A stretch of DNA of 64,000 bases, from NCBI GenBank assembly GCA_012295275.1, contig CM022674.1, forward strand, positions 620,001 through 684,000, given 5' to 3'. The first letter of the stretch is position 1, and every line of letters starts with the position of its first letter. The notes under the pieces are model-generated. The model was given only the letters and a program-made list of their open reading frames with translations, did not search any database and was not told the origin of the DNA. This DNA comes from Chrysomallon squamiferum. Its lineage: Eukaryota; Animalia; Mollusca. Both the position numbers and the translations under genes were made by a program. Of this stretch, positions 21,812-35,383 are shown piece after piece.

Positions 21812-22271
21812 CATATACTGAGGAAGTCTATTGGGATAAGGATTAAATTATAGTGTTTACTCGTTATTATTGCTGTTTCTGTTATTATTATCTCACCTTT
21901 GTTATAACCTTTTAATACAGTTAACACTTTAGCACGTGAATCTAATTAATGGATAAAGGAAACAAATTAAATAAAATATAATGTAATTTTACCTCAGCAT
22001 AGAACAACTTTATAATTTAAACAGCATTTCTTACTTGTAATATTCCGAAGTAATTCCATATAAAAGTTATATACTTCTTAAATGTATATATATAAGTAAT
22101 ATTCGACGTGCTTTGTTCTAAATACTGTATGACGTCAAAGTATTATTGACCTCGCTGCTACATTTCCGTAAGGAATATTCGGAATTCTTCGTCTGTTTAG
22201 ACTTCGTGACTCTTCGTCGAATGTCGGGAATAAATTATGGTGTGATCATGCTCGCTGAAATTACTTTATCT

Positions 22272-22354
<83 letters not shown>

Positions 22355-23039
22355 CACCATCATCATTATCATCATAATAAATAAAACCAATCAAAGTTCA
22401 GCCAGAGATACGTGTGCAGTGTTCAGTTTCTTTGTAAAATAGTCGTGTTTGAAGAAACGCATCAGTATTTTGTTCAGATACGATACGAATATATCACGGA
22501 TTGTGTTTTTATTTCAACAACCCTGAAATCTCGAATTCTTCAAACTTTGAAACGAATACATGTATCGTGCATGGCTGTAACGAGGCTCGACTAATTATCG
22601 GTTCAGTGTGGGTTTCATTGGCTTCACGACTGACCTCAACTCTATGTGGTTTAGTCCATGCAAGTCTGTTTGTCTTGTATATATATTTTTTACAGAAGCA
22701 GTGAACGTCTATACAGTATTTGTCTGTGTGTGTCAGAGAGAGAAAGAGAGAAGGAGACAGAATGAGTGATATAGACAGAGAAGATGAGGGAGAAAGAGCA
22801 GAGTGAGACAAATTAAAAAGAGAGAGATAGTGGGAAAGTGAGGAAGAATGAGAGAGAAAGAGAGAGAGACAGACAGACAGACAAACACACAGACAGAGAG
22901 AGAGACAGACAGAGAGAGAGAGACAGAAAGAGACAGACAGACATACAGACATACAGAGAGGCAGACAGGCAGAGAGAGAGACAGAGAGGGAGACAGACAG
23001 CCAGAGAGAGAGACAGACAGAGAGAGAGCAAGAGGGAGA

Positions 23040-23526
23040 GACAAACAGACAGATGAGTACTCCGATGTGTGAATAGACAAACAGACAGATGAGTACTCCG
23101 ATGTGTGAATAGACAAACAGACAGATGAGTGTGCTCCGATGTGTGAATAGACAAACAAACAGACAGATGTGTGAATAGACTGATGTGTGAAGAGACAAAC
23201 AGACAGATGAGTACTCCGATGTGTGAATAGACAAACAGACAGATGAGTACTCCGATGTGTGAATAGACAAACAGACAGATGAGTACTCCGATGTGTGAAT
23301 AGACAAACAGACAGATGAGTACTCCGATGTGTGAATAGACAAACAGACAGATGAGTACTCCGATGTGTGAATAGACAAACAGACAGATGAGTACTCCGAT
23401 GTGTGAATAGACAAACAGACAGATGAGTACTCCGATGTGTGAATAGACAAACAGACAGATGAGTACTCCGATGTGTGAATAGACAAACAGACAGATGAGT
23501 ACTCCGATGTGTGAATAGACAAACAG
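23040..23526. repeat. 36-bp tandem minisatellite, ~13 copies
   Basis: Unit agacaaacagacagatgagtactccgatgtgtgaat, near-identical and head-to-tail with no spacers; it produces the 12-aa periodic ORFs. Confidence 0.95.
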
Positions 23527-23774
23527 AGAAAAAAGATAATTTGCTTTTAACTGTGGAAAGTAATCGCAGAGTTGGAACAAGAGATATACATTCTTCTCTC
23601 AATGTATCGATCAGAATCATACACAAAATTAATGAGATTTTTTTGCTTTTCTCAGTTTGACTACAGTCACTGATAACATAAAAACGTGGATCGGAAATGG
23701 CGTGTTTATCTGGTTATTTGAGTTTTTCAGTAAATCAATTTCGAATGTAATGGGATCATATGACTGAGAGAGAG

Positions 23775-23895
<121 letters not shown>

Positions 23896-24367
23896 AAAAA
23901 GCGTGTCACCTCATCACTGTTTCGTCTATTTACCTTTTAAAACTCGTGTTTCTGTTAACCTTTAAAATCCATAAACAAAACTACTACATTGGGGATTTTT
24001 AACAGATTCGATCCTTTATCCTGTAGCACGTAAATCCCGTATTCTTGTTTCAAGAAATAACATAATAGGCGTGGAGTCTTTGTTGTTTACACAAAGTCAC
24101 GAACAACTGCTCTTTAAGGGCGTTCTGTATCTTACAACCACACACAATTAAAAGAGTAATACATAAAAAAATATATTTAATATTTGCTTGCCAGCTGGCG
24201 CTAAACTAATTACCTCACCTTTCTCAGCTTGAAACGAATAATTATATAATCTCTTCTGGATTTTTTTTTTTAGTTAATATTTTCTAACGTTCACAATCAT
24301 CACTGCATAATGACCGCTGTGATGAATATGTTATTAAATATTTTGCATGTTTGGGGTTGTATTTAAG

Positions 24368-24373
24368 TATAAA
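24368..24373 (+). promoter_or_regulatory. TATA box of His/Cys-rich gene A
   Basis: TATAAA ~75 nt upstream of ATG 24444. Confidence 0.55.
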
Positions 24374-24443
24374 TTGTAAAACATTTTAGATTTATTTTTC
24401 GTAGCGAGGTTGTGGCTAACCTAGCCGCAATTTGAGAATCATA

Positions 24444-26592
24444 ATGACGAAGTTAACGTTAATAGCTGCTGTTCTTTTGGGTAAGTATGTGACTTTTGTG
24501 TTAAATGTTAGTATGTGACTTTTGTGTTAAATGTTAGTATGTGACTTTTGTGTTAAATGTAAGTATGTGACTTTTGTGTTAAATGTAAGTATGTGACTTT
24601 TGTGTTAAATGTAAGTATGTGACTTTTGTGTTAAATGTAAGTATGTGACTTTTGTGTTAAATGTTAGTATGTAACTTTTGTGTTAAATTTAAGTATGTGA
24701 CTTTTGTGAAGACTGCTGTTATTTATGTCTTACGATAGTTTATAAGAACTGTAATTAGTTATTAGAAATATTTGCTAATTTTCTTATCTTTCTTATTTAT
24801 TTATTTGTTTGTTTGTTTATTAATTTTTTTTAATTTTTTTTAATTTTTTTTTTTAATATATAATTATAACAATGCTGAAGTCATTACAACTACAATAAAA
24901 TACTTATGAAAGCAAAAATAAAAGTAAATATAATCATAAATAAATAAATAAATAATCATTTAATATAATATTATTGCTACTTTTTGTTTTCAGTCATGGT
25001 TGTTATTAGTTATGCGCATCCTCATCATCATCATCATCATCATGGTCACAGACATCGACGTCACAGTCACTGGCACCGAAACCATCATCATCATCACAAC
25101 CATGGACGTCACAGTCACTGGCACCGAAACCATCATCAACCATGGACACAACCGACATCATGGGCATCACCATCGACATCACGGTCATCATCATCATCAT
25201 TATGGAAAACATCACCACGGCCATGGACATCATCACAGCAGTTCCGGAACATCGTCGGGCTCCTGTTCTGGTTGTGGAGGATCGTCCAGTAGCTGCTGTT
25301 GTTGTCCTTGCTGTTGTGGATCATGTGATTCCTCTGGTGGATCTGGAGGTTCCTGCTGCTGTTGTGAATCGTGTGGATCTGGAGGTTCAGGTTCAGGTGG
25401 ATCTGGAGGTTCCTGCTGCTGTTGTGGATCGTGTGGATCAGGAGGTTCAGGTTCCGGTGGATCTGGAGGTTCGTGCTGCTGTTGTGGATCGTGTGGATCT
25501 GGAGGTTCAGGTTCCGGTGGATCTGGAGGTTCGTGCTGCTGTTGTGGATCGTGTGGATCTGGAGGTTCAGGTTCCGGTGGATCTGGAGGTTCGTGCTGCT
25601 GTTGTGGATCGTGTGAATCTGGAGGTTTAGGCTCTGGTGGATCTGGGGGTTCGTGCTGCTGTTGTGAATCGTGTGGATCTGGAGGTTCAGGCTCTGGTGG
25701 ATCTGGAGGTTCCTGCTGCTGTTGTGGATCGTGTGGATCAGGAGGTTCAGGTTCCGGTGGATCTGGAGACTCGTGCTGCTGTTGTGGATCGTGTGGATCA
25801 GGAGGTTCAGGTTCCGGTGGATCTGGAGGTTCGTGCTGTTGTTGTGGATCCGGAGGATCAGGATCTGGTGGATCAGGGGGATGTGGCTGCTGTTGTGGTT
25901 CCTGTGGATGCGGAGCCAGTGATTCTGGAGGATCCGGTGGATCTGGTGGATCTGGCGGATGTTGCGGATGTTGCGGTAGTGGGTCTGGGTCTGGTGATTC
26001 TGGTGGATCTGGATCTGCGGTTTGTAGTGGATGCTCCAGTGGATCTGGTGGGTCTGGTGGATGTGCGGGTTGTGCTGATTGTAGCGGATCTGGAGAATGT
26101 TGTGGATGTTTTGGCTGTGGATCTGGTGGATCTGGTAGTTCTGGATCTGGTGAATGCAGTGGCTGCCTCGGCTCGGGATCTAGTGGCTCTGGATCTGGAT
26201 CTGGATCTGGTGGGTGTGGTTTCTGCTGTGGATGTGGATCTGGTGCGTCAGGATCTGGTGGATCAGGATCTGGTGGGTCAGGATCTGGTGGATCAGGAGG
26301 ATGTGGTGGATGTTGTTGCTGTGGAACTGGTGGGTCAGGAGGGTCAGGTGGATCTGGTGGATCTAGTGGATCGGGTGGATGTGGATCAAGTGGATCTGGA
26401 GGTTCCTGTGGGTCTGGATGCTGTTGTTGTGGATCGTGCTGCTGCGGAGGAGGTTCTGGTTCAGGCGGATGTAACGAATGCGGTTGTTCGTGGTCACTGT
26501 CCACGGAAGAGGTCATCCCTGTCCCTGTCGCTGTGCCGATTGTACAAGCAGCTGGACTCCAGCCAGCAGTTCCTGCACCATTTCCAGGATAG
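24444..26592 (+). CDS. Secreted His-rich, Cys/Gly/Ser-repeat protein, paralogue A (~544 aa if one frameshift at ~25137 is repaired; otherwise a pseudogene or truncated allele)
   Basis: Exon 24444-24480 (donor gtaagt) plus exon 24994-26592 (acceptor ttttcag) give MTKLTLIAAVLLVMVVISYA-HPHHHHHHHGHRHRRHSHWHRNHHHHHNHGRHSHWHRNHH. After a +1 shift the sequence continues NHGHNRHHGHHHRHHGHHHHHYGKHHHGHGHHH-SSSG, then ~9 copies of the 20-aa unit GSCGSGGSGSGGSGGSCCCC, looser C/G/S repeats, and the tail GCNECGCSWSLSTEEVIPVPVAVPIVQAAGLQPAVPAPFPG*. Confidence 0.85.
24481..24708 (+). repeat. 26-bp tandem repeat (~9 copies) starting exactly at the intron-1 splice donor of gene A
   Basis: Unit gtaagtatgtgacttttgtgttaaat (variants gttagt/ttaagt) at 24481, 24507, 24533, 24559, 24585, 24611, 24637, 24663 and 24689. 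Confidence 0.95.
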
Positions 26593-28251
26593 AAGAAGAT
26601 CAGAAGAGGTAGGTCTAGTTTTCAAATGCTGGGATACAACAGTTTGTATCACTAAAGAAACGCATTAATTTCCAGATTGTCAGAATTGACATGTTTTCTT
26701 AATTATTAAGGTGTTTAGCTTATGGTGCCTTTAAATGATTCTTGAAAAGCTAGTATTTTCACTTTCCTACTTTGTACACAAAGATACTGATGAACGAAGA
26801 ATACAGTAATACTGTTTGATTCACTCATTGAATAGTTTTGTTATTATTAATAGTAGTAGGAGCAGTAGTAGTAGTAGTAGTAGTAGTAGCAGCAGCAGTA
26901 GAAATAGTATTGTTGTTATTACTGTTGTTGCTGTTGTTATTGTTATTATTTATTATTTATTTATATTTATTATTAACATTGTTGTTGTTATTGTTGTTAT
27001 TTATCATTATTTATATATTTATTTTATTTTGTTTTTATTTTTATTTTATTTTATTTTATTTTTTTAAAAATTTGTTTTTGCTTTGTTTTTTTTTTTTTTT
27101 TTTTTGGGGAGGGGGGGGAGGTGTAAGGGTATTTTGTTGCGCTATTACAGTTTGATTTATATTTTATTTTTCAGATAAACGTTTATGACAAAACCTTAAA
27201 ATTTACCATGAAGAAATTTTCTACATATGTGTACATATTGTATATAGTATTATCGTATTCTTCATTACCAAGAAAATTATGATCACCAAAGGAAAACAAA
27301 ATGACAGAGAAATGAACCAATATTTATTTATTTTATTATTATTATTATTATTATTATTTTGTTTGTTTATTTGCTTTTATGTTTCCTTGATTGTTTGTTG
27401 TTGTTTTGGTTATTATTTTTGTTTTTTGTTGTTGTTTTTGGGGGGGTTGTTTGTTTCATTTTATTATTTTTTTTTTCTTGTTTTATAATTGCCTTTCAAA
27501 GAATGTGTACATTTTACTGTTATCTAATATCGTTGTTGTATATATATATATATATTCCATGTATGTATATAGGAGAGGGCAGTTAAGTTACGAAATTTCA
27601 GCCCGATCCTTTTGTTCCTTATGTAATAAAATGTTTAGTAAGTACATCGTTTTCAGTCATTCATTCATTTTATTTATTTATTTGTTATTGCTGTTGCTCT
27701 ACGTTAAACTTTCTTCACTAGTAATATTAGCTAGAGATAAATACCTTGACCTTTATTTGCTTTATATTCGAAACCAAACAATTTTATTAGTATAATGAAA
27801 ATCTGCACCCTGACTGAGGACTTCGATTAATAACAAAAATGCCCGGACACAGACAGACAGAAAGACAGATAAACGGAAAGACCTGCTCATATATCAAAAA
27901 GAAAGAGAAGACAAATAGATATTGAAATTACGGAGAGACATTGAGAAATAAAGCTGTTACATACAAGCAGAACATTTCAGTTTTTAAATTCAACAGTTTA
28001 TTAAGTATAGTGTAACAGTATGATAACACATATTGCCGTAACAAGACAAAAGAAATAAAATAAAATACATCAGCGACAACCAACATCTTGATATCTGAAA
28101 TTAGAAAGTAAGTTAGCATTTTATTATTAAACATTAAACATATAAACAAACATTAAAAATTATATATAAACTGTAGATAAAACAACAGAGATTAAAATAC
28201 GTAAATATGCATAAAATATAAATAGATAGATGCACAGACAAACAGATAGAT

Positions 28252-28367
<116 letters not shown>

Positions 28368-28914
28368 GGCTAGGCAGACAGAGAAAGACAAACAGACAAA
28401 TATATATTTGAAAATGCAGTTTCACAAATATTCATGCCTTTCTGATCTCAATTTGTAATGTTTGAAACAAAAATTATGCGTATTTCTGATCGTATGAAAT
28501 GGTTCAGAGTAATGTGTTTGTTTTCAACCAGAAAAAAAACTTAGGATATCTAAACTCTGACAATCAGTGGTGTGCAAAAAACTGTCTTACCTACCAAACA
28601 TAATAATAATAAAACGACGATAGTTAAGACTGTTCGAGGACTATGTTTAAAAGATGATATTTTAAAACTGATGTTACATAATCTTCAGTTAACCTTTGGA
28701 AGGATCATTCAGCGGCTTACCACTCTTACTAGGTTATAGATTAAAACAAATAAAATAAATAAAAAAATAAAAAAATAAACGTAAAACTGAAAAATCCAGC
28801 TGACACTGATTAAAAAAAATAAAATAAAATAAAATAAAAATAAACGTAAAAGTGAAAAATCATGCATTTGCCACTGTAGGCAACATGAATTTATCACGAC
28901 ACAAAACGTTACCT

Positions 28915-30170
28915 CTATTTTCCTGCAAACGGGACGAGTCCTGCGGCCTGCAGTCCGCCTGTCTGTACAATGGGCACGGCAACTGGGACGGGGATAACCT
29001 CTTCAGTGGACGAAGAGAACGAACAGCCGCATTCGTTACAGCCTGAGCCAGATCCTGAACCGCAGCAACAACATCCTGAAGATCCAGAAGACCCAGAAGA
29101 TCCTGATCCTTCGCAGCATCCACAACATCCCGAGGAGGAGCTGGACGATCCCGAGGATCCAGAAGATCCAGATCCACAGCAGCATCCACAGCATCCTGAG
29201 GACGATCCTGACGATCCAGAGGATCCAGATCCTTCACAGCAGCCACAACATCCTGATGATCCTGATGATCCTGATGATCCGGATGAACCAGATGAACCAG
29301 AAGAACCACAACAGCAGCATCCACAACATCCGGACGATCCTGAAGATCCTGAAGATCCTGATCCTTCACAGCATCCGCAGCATCCAGAAGATCCAGATGA
29401 TCCCGATGAACCGGATGAACCAGATCCACAGCAGCATCCGCAACATCCTGATGATCCAGAGGATCCCGATGATCCCGATTCACAGCATCCGCAGCATTCG
29501 GAAGATCCTGATGATCCAGAGGATCCGGATCCACTGCAGCATCCACAACATCCGGAAGATCCTGATGATCCAGAGGATCCGGATCCACAACAACACCCGC
29601 AACACTCAGAAGAGCCGGATGATCCTGACGATGCTGAACAGTCGCAACATCCACAACAACCACAACATTCGGATGATCCAGATGAACCAGAACAACATCC
29701 ACAACATTCGGATGACCCGGATGAACCGGACGATCCAGAACATTCACAGCAACTGCAACAGCAAGAGCAGCAGCCGCTGGAAGATGAAGACGACGAACTG
29801 GAGCAGCAGCAAGGACAACAGCAGCTCGATGAACCTGAGCTGTGAGATGGACTCGAGCAGCTGCAACAGCAACCACAGCAGCCCGAGGAACCAGAACTAC
29901 AGGATGAGCCTGAACTGGAACAGCAACTGCTGCAGCAGCAGCCAGAACTACAGCCAGAGCTTAGTGACGAGTGGTGGTGATGGTTGTTGTGATGGTGGTG
30001 ACGGTGGTGATGATGATGATGATGGTGATGATGACCATGGTGTCGATGATGTCGGTGATGACGGTGGTGGCGGTGGCGTTTGTGATGATGATGTCTGTGG
30101 TGATGATGCGATAACGCCAGATGAAGACAAACTGAAAACAGAAATTGTCACAAAAGGTTTAAGTACCACG

Positions 30171-30222
<52 letters not shown>

Positions 30223-30380
30223 CAACAACAACAACAATAACAGTAATAATAAAATTTTAAAATGTCTGTCACGGTTAATTGTGAGGATAAGGACGAATAA
30301 AGAGAAAGAATCGAAAAGAGACGAAGAAGAAACTAAGAGTCAGTGAGAACAGGATAATAAATAAATAAATAAATAAATAA

Positions 30381-30420
<40 letters not shown>

Positions 30421-30681
30421 ATAGAGCAAGAAAGATAATGAGATGGAAAGCAACAGAAATTGCAATATTTAACTATGAAGAAAAAAAATTGTATTTAAGA
30501 ATAAATAATCGTATACATAAAACATTATCATTTGTAGTCTTTTATAGTAAATATAAAATATAAAATAAATTAATAAAACAGAAAAAAATAAAATACAATA
30601 AAGCAAAATAAAATAATAAAACAAAATAAAACAAAATATTTATTACTTACTTATAAGAAGGATAAAGATATAACGATTCAT
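28915..30681 (-). CDS. Secreted His-rich, Cys/Gly/Ser-repeat protein, paralogue B (415 aa, intact)
   Basis: Exon 30681-30651 (donor gtaagt) plus exon 30131-28915 (acceptor ttttcag) total 1248 nt, with no internal stop found. Protein: [81 protein letters not shown]..., repeats of (GSS)3-GCCGCC(C/E), and tail GCNECGCSFSSSTEEVIPVPVAVPIVQTGGLQAAGLVPFAGK*. This frame is absent from the ORF track because its start codon is in the upstream exon. Confidence 0.92.
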
Positions 30682-30765
30682 TCTGTTAAATGGACATAAA
30701 AATAGAGATCGTCTTTACGTTAGTCTAATATCGACAACATTGTATCAGACTGGGACATTGTCCTG

Positions 30766-30771
30766 TTTATA
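30766..30771 (-). promoter_or_regulatory. TATA box of His/Cys-rich gene B
   Basis: TATAAA on the minus strand ~85 nt upstream of ATG 30681. Confidence 0.55.
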
Positions 30772-30992
30772 AAACATTGCAAACTGCGAGTATTATTACT
30801 TCCCCATGCGTTTGTTTTGGGCGTAGACAACAGAGATGAAAAAAAAAGAAATAAAATGTTTAAAAAGTGGTGTCTTAGCAGTGAGGATTAAGATTAAAAA
30901 ATTGTTATTCATGGAGAGAAAAGATAAGAAATAACTAAGTAGGTGTCACTGATACATACCGAAGTGAACCACAGGTATTTCGTTAATGAAGT

Positions 30993-31103
<111 letters not shown>

Positions 31104-31417
31104 ACACACAATCATTGTTAGCTTTTTGTAATCAATAAATAAATAAATACATACATACATAAATGCATGAATAAATAACAAATCTAATTCACTAAATCAA
31201 ATGAAATAAAAGAATAGTAATTATAAATAAAATATCGGAATAAAATAAGATATAAAAAACAAAATATCATTTTAATGTCGATTTGAAAATCTTTATTGAT
31301 TAAAGACTAGCATTTCACCAGATGTTTATAGATTTTCAACCAAAATTTTATGAATGGTTTCTCGTGCGTCATTTAGTAACATATATATGCGTTTTTGTTA
31401 TTTTATTTTATTTTAAG

Positions 31418-31452
<35 letters not shown>

Positions 31453-31554
31453 TTTGCTTGTTCTTTTATGTTGTTTTCTTTATTTCGTAGTTTTCTGCCA
31501 TGATTTTTTTCTACGTTATTATTTACTTCTTTTGTTTTATAAAATTTAAATGAA

Positions 31555-31658
<104 letters not shown>

Positions 31659-31694
31659 AGCATTCTGTCTATATATCTAACCATCCTGTTTTTA

Positions 31695-31777
<83 letters not shown>

Positions 31778-31959
31778 TGCAATGCATCTCTCTCTCTTTG
31801 TCTCTATCGCTTTCCCACAAACACACACACATACACGTACTCAAATATACACACACACACAAACACACACACGTACACACACACACACACACAGACACAC
31901 AGACACACATACAGATAGAGCACTTAAACGTACGATCGACGTAAACACCTACGCTTAAA

Positions 31960-32104
31960 GCCATTGATAACGTTTTATTTACCCAGTTCATGTCTCAGTG
32001 TACTGTAAGAAGATTATCAATTTTTTGTCTAAATAGCCATTGATAACGTTTTATCCCAGTCAAGTCACGGTGTTTTTAAGAAGATTGTCCGTTTTTATCT
32101 AGAT
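31960..32104. repeat. ~76-bp tandem duplication upstream of gene B
   Basis: gccattgataacgttttat...cccagt...aagaagatt...tcta occurs at 31960 and 32036. Confidence 0.8.
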
Positions 32105-32272
32105 CTCCTACCAGATGTTTGTCAAAATTCACACCTTGTGTTGTTATCATGCTGGGAACTCTCTGCAAAGAAATTAAATGTTAAATACATTAATGTCACT
32201 TTTGATGTTGTTGAATTTGTTTATCACGTTATTTATTTATTTAATTTTATTTAATTTACGTATTTATGTATT

Positions 32273-32347
<75 letters not shown>

Positions 32348-32391
32348 TGTAGATATGCTTGAGGGCGATTCTGTGCACGTGAGAGAGAGAC

Positions 32392-32431
<40 letters not shown>

Positions 32432-32449
32432 GGGGGGAGAGAGTTATAT

Positions 32450-32568
<119 letters not shown>

Positions 32569-32571
32569 GAG

Positions 32572-32666
<95 letters not shown>

Positions 32667-33794
32667 CGTACGTATGTATAGGTGTTTTTTGTTCTCTTTT
32701 AATGATATATTGGTATTTGTGTTACTATTTTTATTATTACTGTTGTTTATTTTACTTTTTTTTTTTTTAAAGATATTTTGTTGTTCTTTTTACTGTTTTT
32801 ATTTTTATTAACACCGTTGCTGTTGTTACCATTATCGTCATCATCATTTATATTTATTATTATTATTATTACTGCTGTCATCGTTGCTGCTGTTAATATA
32901 TGAAAGCTGAGGATCTTTGTGCGAAGCTGTGTTCATAAAAAAAAAAGATAAACTGCAGGTCTGATCACTGCTGGCGTGCCTTTCGAATCATTTCAACCTC
33001 TGCACCGTTCATTAGGGTTTTGTTTGTTTCACGGATCCATAGAAAGTAACAGAAGACAGTCCATTATTATCATCTGCGTGTTAAACACCACCCACACCTA
33101 TGTGATTATTATTGTGTAACCTCAAAGCTTGCCCCTAATGACTGTTAATAATAAAAAGCATCAAGGTGTAATTGCGTGTTCTTTCAATGGGTCTCGTGGG
33201 AGTAAAACAATGTCGTATGTAGTAATGTCGACTATGCCTTAATTAGCGTAATGCAGATGTGATGTAGTTTTGTTAAGTGAAGAAAAGAGTGTTAATATAT
33301 TTTAGTAATTTAATATATTTAATGTTTTTTATTACGTAAACGTTTGTAATAATGTAAAATAGAAAATAATGGATAAAATTTAAAAAAAAAAAAAAAAGAA
33401 AGAAAAAAACCTCTGCAAGGAATAACAATAATTAAAAAAAAAAAAAAAAAAAAAAAAACAACGTTATTGACTTTTAATCAATTTTGACAAGTGTAAAATA
33501 ATTTTATTTCTATTATACAATTATAATAGACATACATTAATAATAATAATTCATGTGATAAATTTCTATTTTCTAGTAATTTTCTTTCCATCATTTCGTA
33601 ATATGTAAAGAAAGGTAACATTAACATATTTCTGTTGCAATACAGTACATATTTATCTCATCTTGCGTCACAAAAATAATAATAATAATATTAATAATAA
33701 TTTCAAATCATATGTTCTGCTTCTAAAATTTATTATAAAATAATTTACATATTTTTAAAAAACAACATGAGGAAAACGTTAAAAAGAACAATAA

Positions 33795-33869
<75 letters not shown>

Positions 33870-35383
33870 CTTTAAAATGTACACAATAAAAGTTAATACC
33901 TAAATAAATGAAAAAAGAAACAAGCTTTATCTTATTTAAACATCAGTGGTTCTCTCAGTTCAGTCACACTTGAATTTTTATTACAAAACTTAATTTATTC
34001 ACTTGTGACTTAATGTTATATTTTGGGTAATTCAATCATATTCTCTGTTGTGTTTAACTGTGTCTACAGTTTGTTTCATCACATCAGAGAAAATCATAAA
34101 TTAATTCATTTCTTATGTTATTTTATTAAAATATTTGCACATCCAAAAACAAAAAGGCAAAATAAAATTGATATTGAGAGACCAAAAGAAAGAAAATAAT
34201 ATTATAATTAAAAACAATGGAAGAAAATAAAATGAAAAAAAAAAAAAATTAAGAAAACTAAATTAGAATTTTTCTTGAAAAGCATTAAATTACTAAACAA
34301 CTGTCTTAAGAATTAGATTTATAGTTTTCTTATTGTTTACATTTACTAGTGACAACTAGTGTTCATTATCCACTTTTTCCAATACCTTTTAAAGTATAGA
34401 CGAAAATTTTAAGTGAGTAAACTAAATCATTCATCCATCTGGTTTCATTAGCTGGGGGTGAACCATTCACCAGCTGAAGCACAACAGAAGTAAAAAATTC
34501 AACAAATATTTTTTTATTCTTATAGAGGTAAAAAGAAGGGGACATAACCAGCTCACCATTCTTCAAAGTGAGATATTTTTTTTTGATACCATCATTCATA
34601 CAGTCGGTTATTATCAACAATTTTCATTACTGCATGTGTTTGCATATATATATCCATCTCTGTTTCTGTCCAACTATCTACAGACAGACAGAGAGACAGA
34701 TAAACAAATAGGTATGAAAAGCTCAGTATAAAAAGGCTTAGACACATTTTTGCCAGTTCTGAGTTTCTTTCACTGACTGATAGTGATTTAACCACTGCTT
34801 CATGATGACAAAGATAATTTGTTGTAAAATCACTGACACACATCTGTAAAAGACCACTGTACATTTACTGATAATGCAAAAGTGCTTACCTCCCTTTCAA
34901 GATTTTTTTTTTTTAGTATATAAGCCATGTAAGCCATTTTGCAAATAAGCTGTTCTTTCTCTGCAGATGAATCTTTCTAACTCAAAAGATATATTTGTGT
35001 GCATATCTTCATATATTAGTATCAACTAATTTATTATCATAATAATATTTTTTTTTTCTCTTTTTTAATTTTAGAACAGGTTATTTTTTATTATTATTAT
35101 TATTATTATTTTTTTTTTTTTTTTTGATGTTTATCCCAAGCTAAAAAAACATTTTGCAAAAGTGAACATGTTTTTTTTTTTAAAAGAAATCCATAATTTC
35201 ACATCACTGGTAGTGAACTAAAAAAAATGTTTAAATGTCTTTTTAATTGCATCCTCCAAACAACAATGTTGTCAACAGTCTTTAGGGTTGTGGTGAATTA
35301 AAACAATAATGATGTGGTGATGAAGTTATGATGATGATTGTAGTGATGATGATAACTGCTATGGTAAGTAGAATGTTTTAGTT

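Noticed and set aside
23040-23526. 36-bp repeats as a CRISPR array or as repeat-protein ORFs
   Set aside because: Units are contiguous with no unique spacers, there are no cas genes, and the context is eukaryotic.
25000-25136. ORF start [15 protein letters not shown] as the signal peptide of gene A
   Set aside because: It starts at a TTG just inside the exon, and the poly-Ile is the CAT repeat read out of frame. Paralogue B shows that His is the true frame.
25233-26668. Long overlapping ORFs (PPDPQQQH antisense; VDLEV and WIWRFRFR alternative frames) over gene A
   Set aside because: Shadows of the GGA/TCT/TGT codon repeats. Only the Cys/Gly/Ser frame ends in the tail conserved with paralogue B.
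28860-30260. ORF-track proteins 28970-29845 (+, PEDPD acidic), 29256-30260 (+) and 28860-29876 (-)
   Set aside because: Shadows of gene B, whose true frame has its start codon in a separate exon and is not listed in the track.
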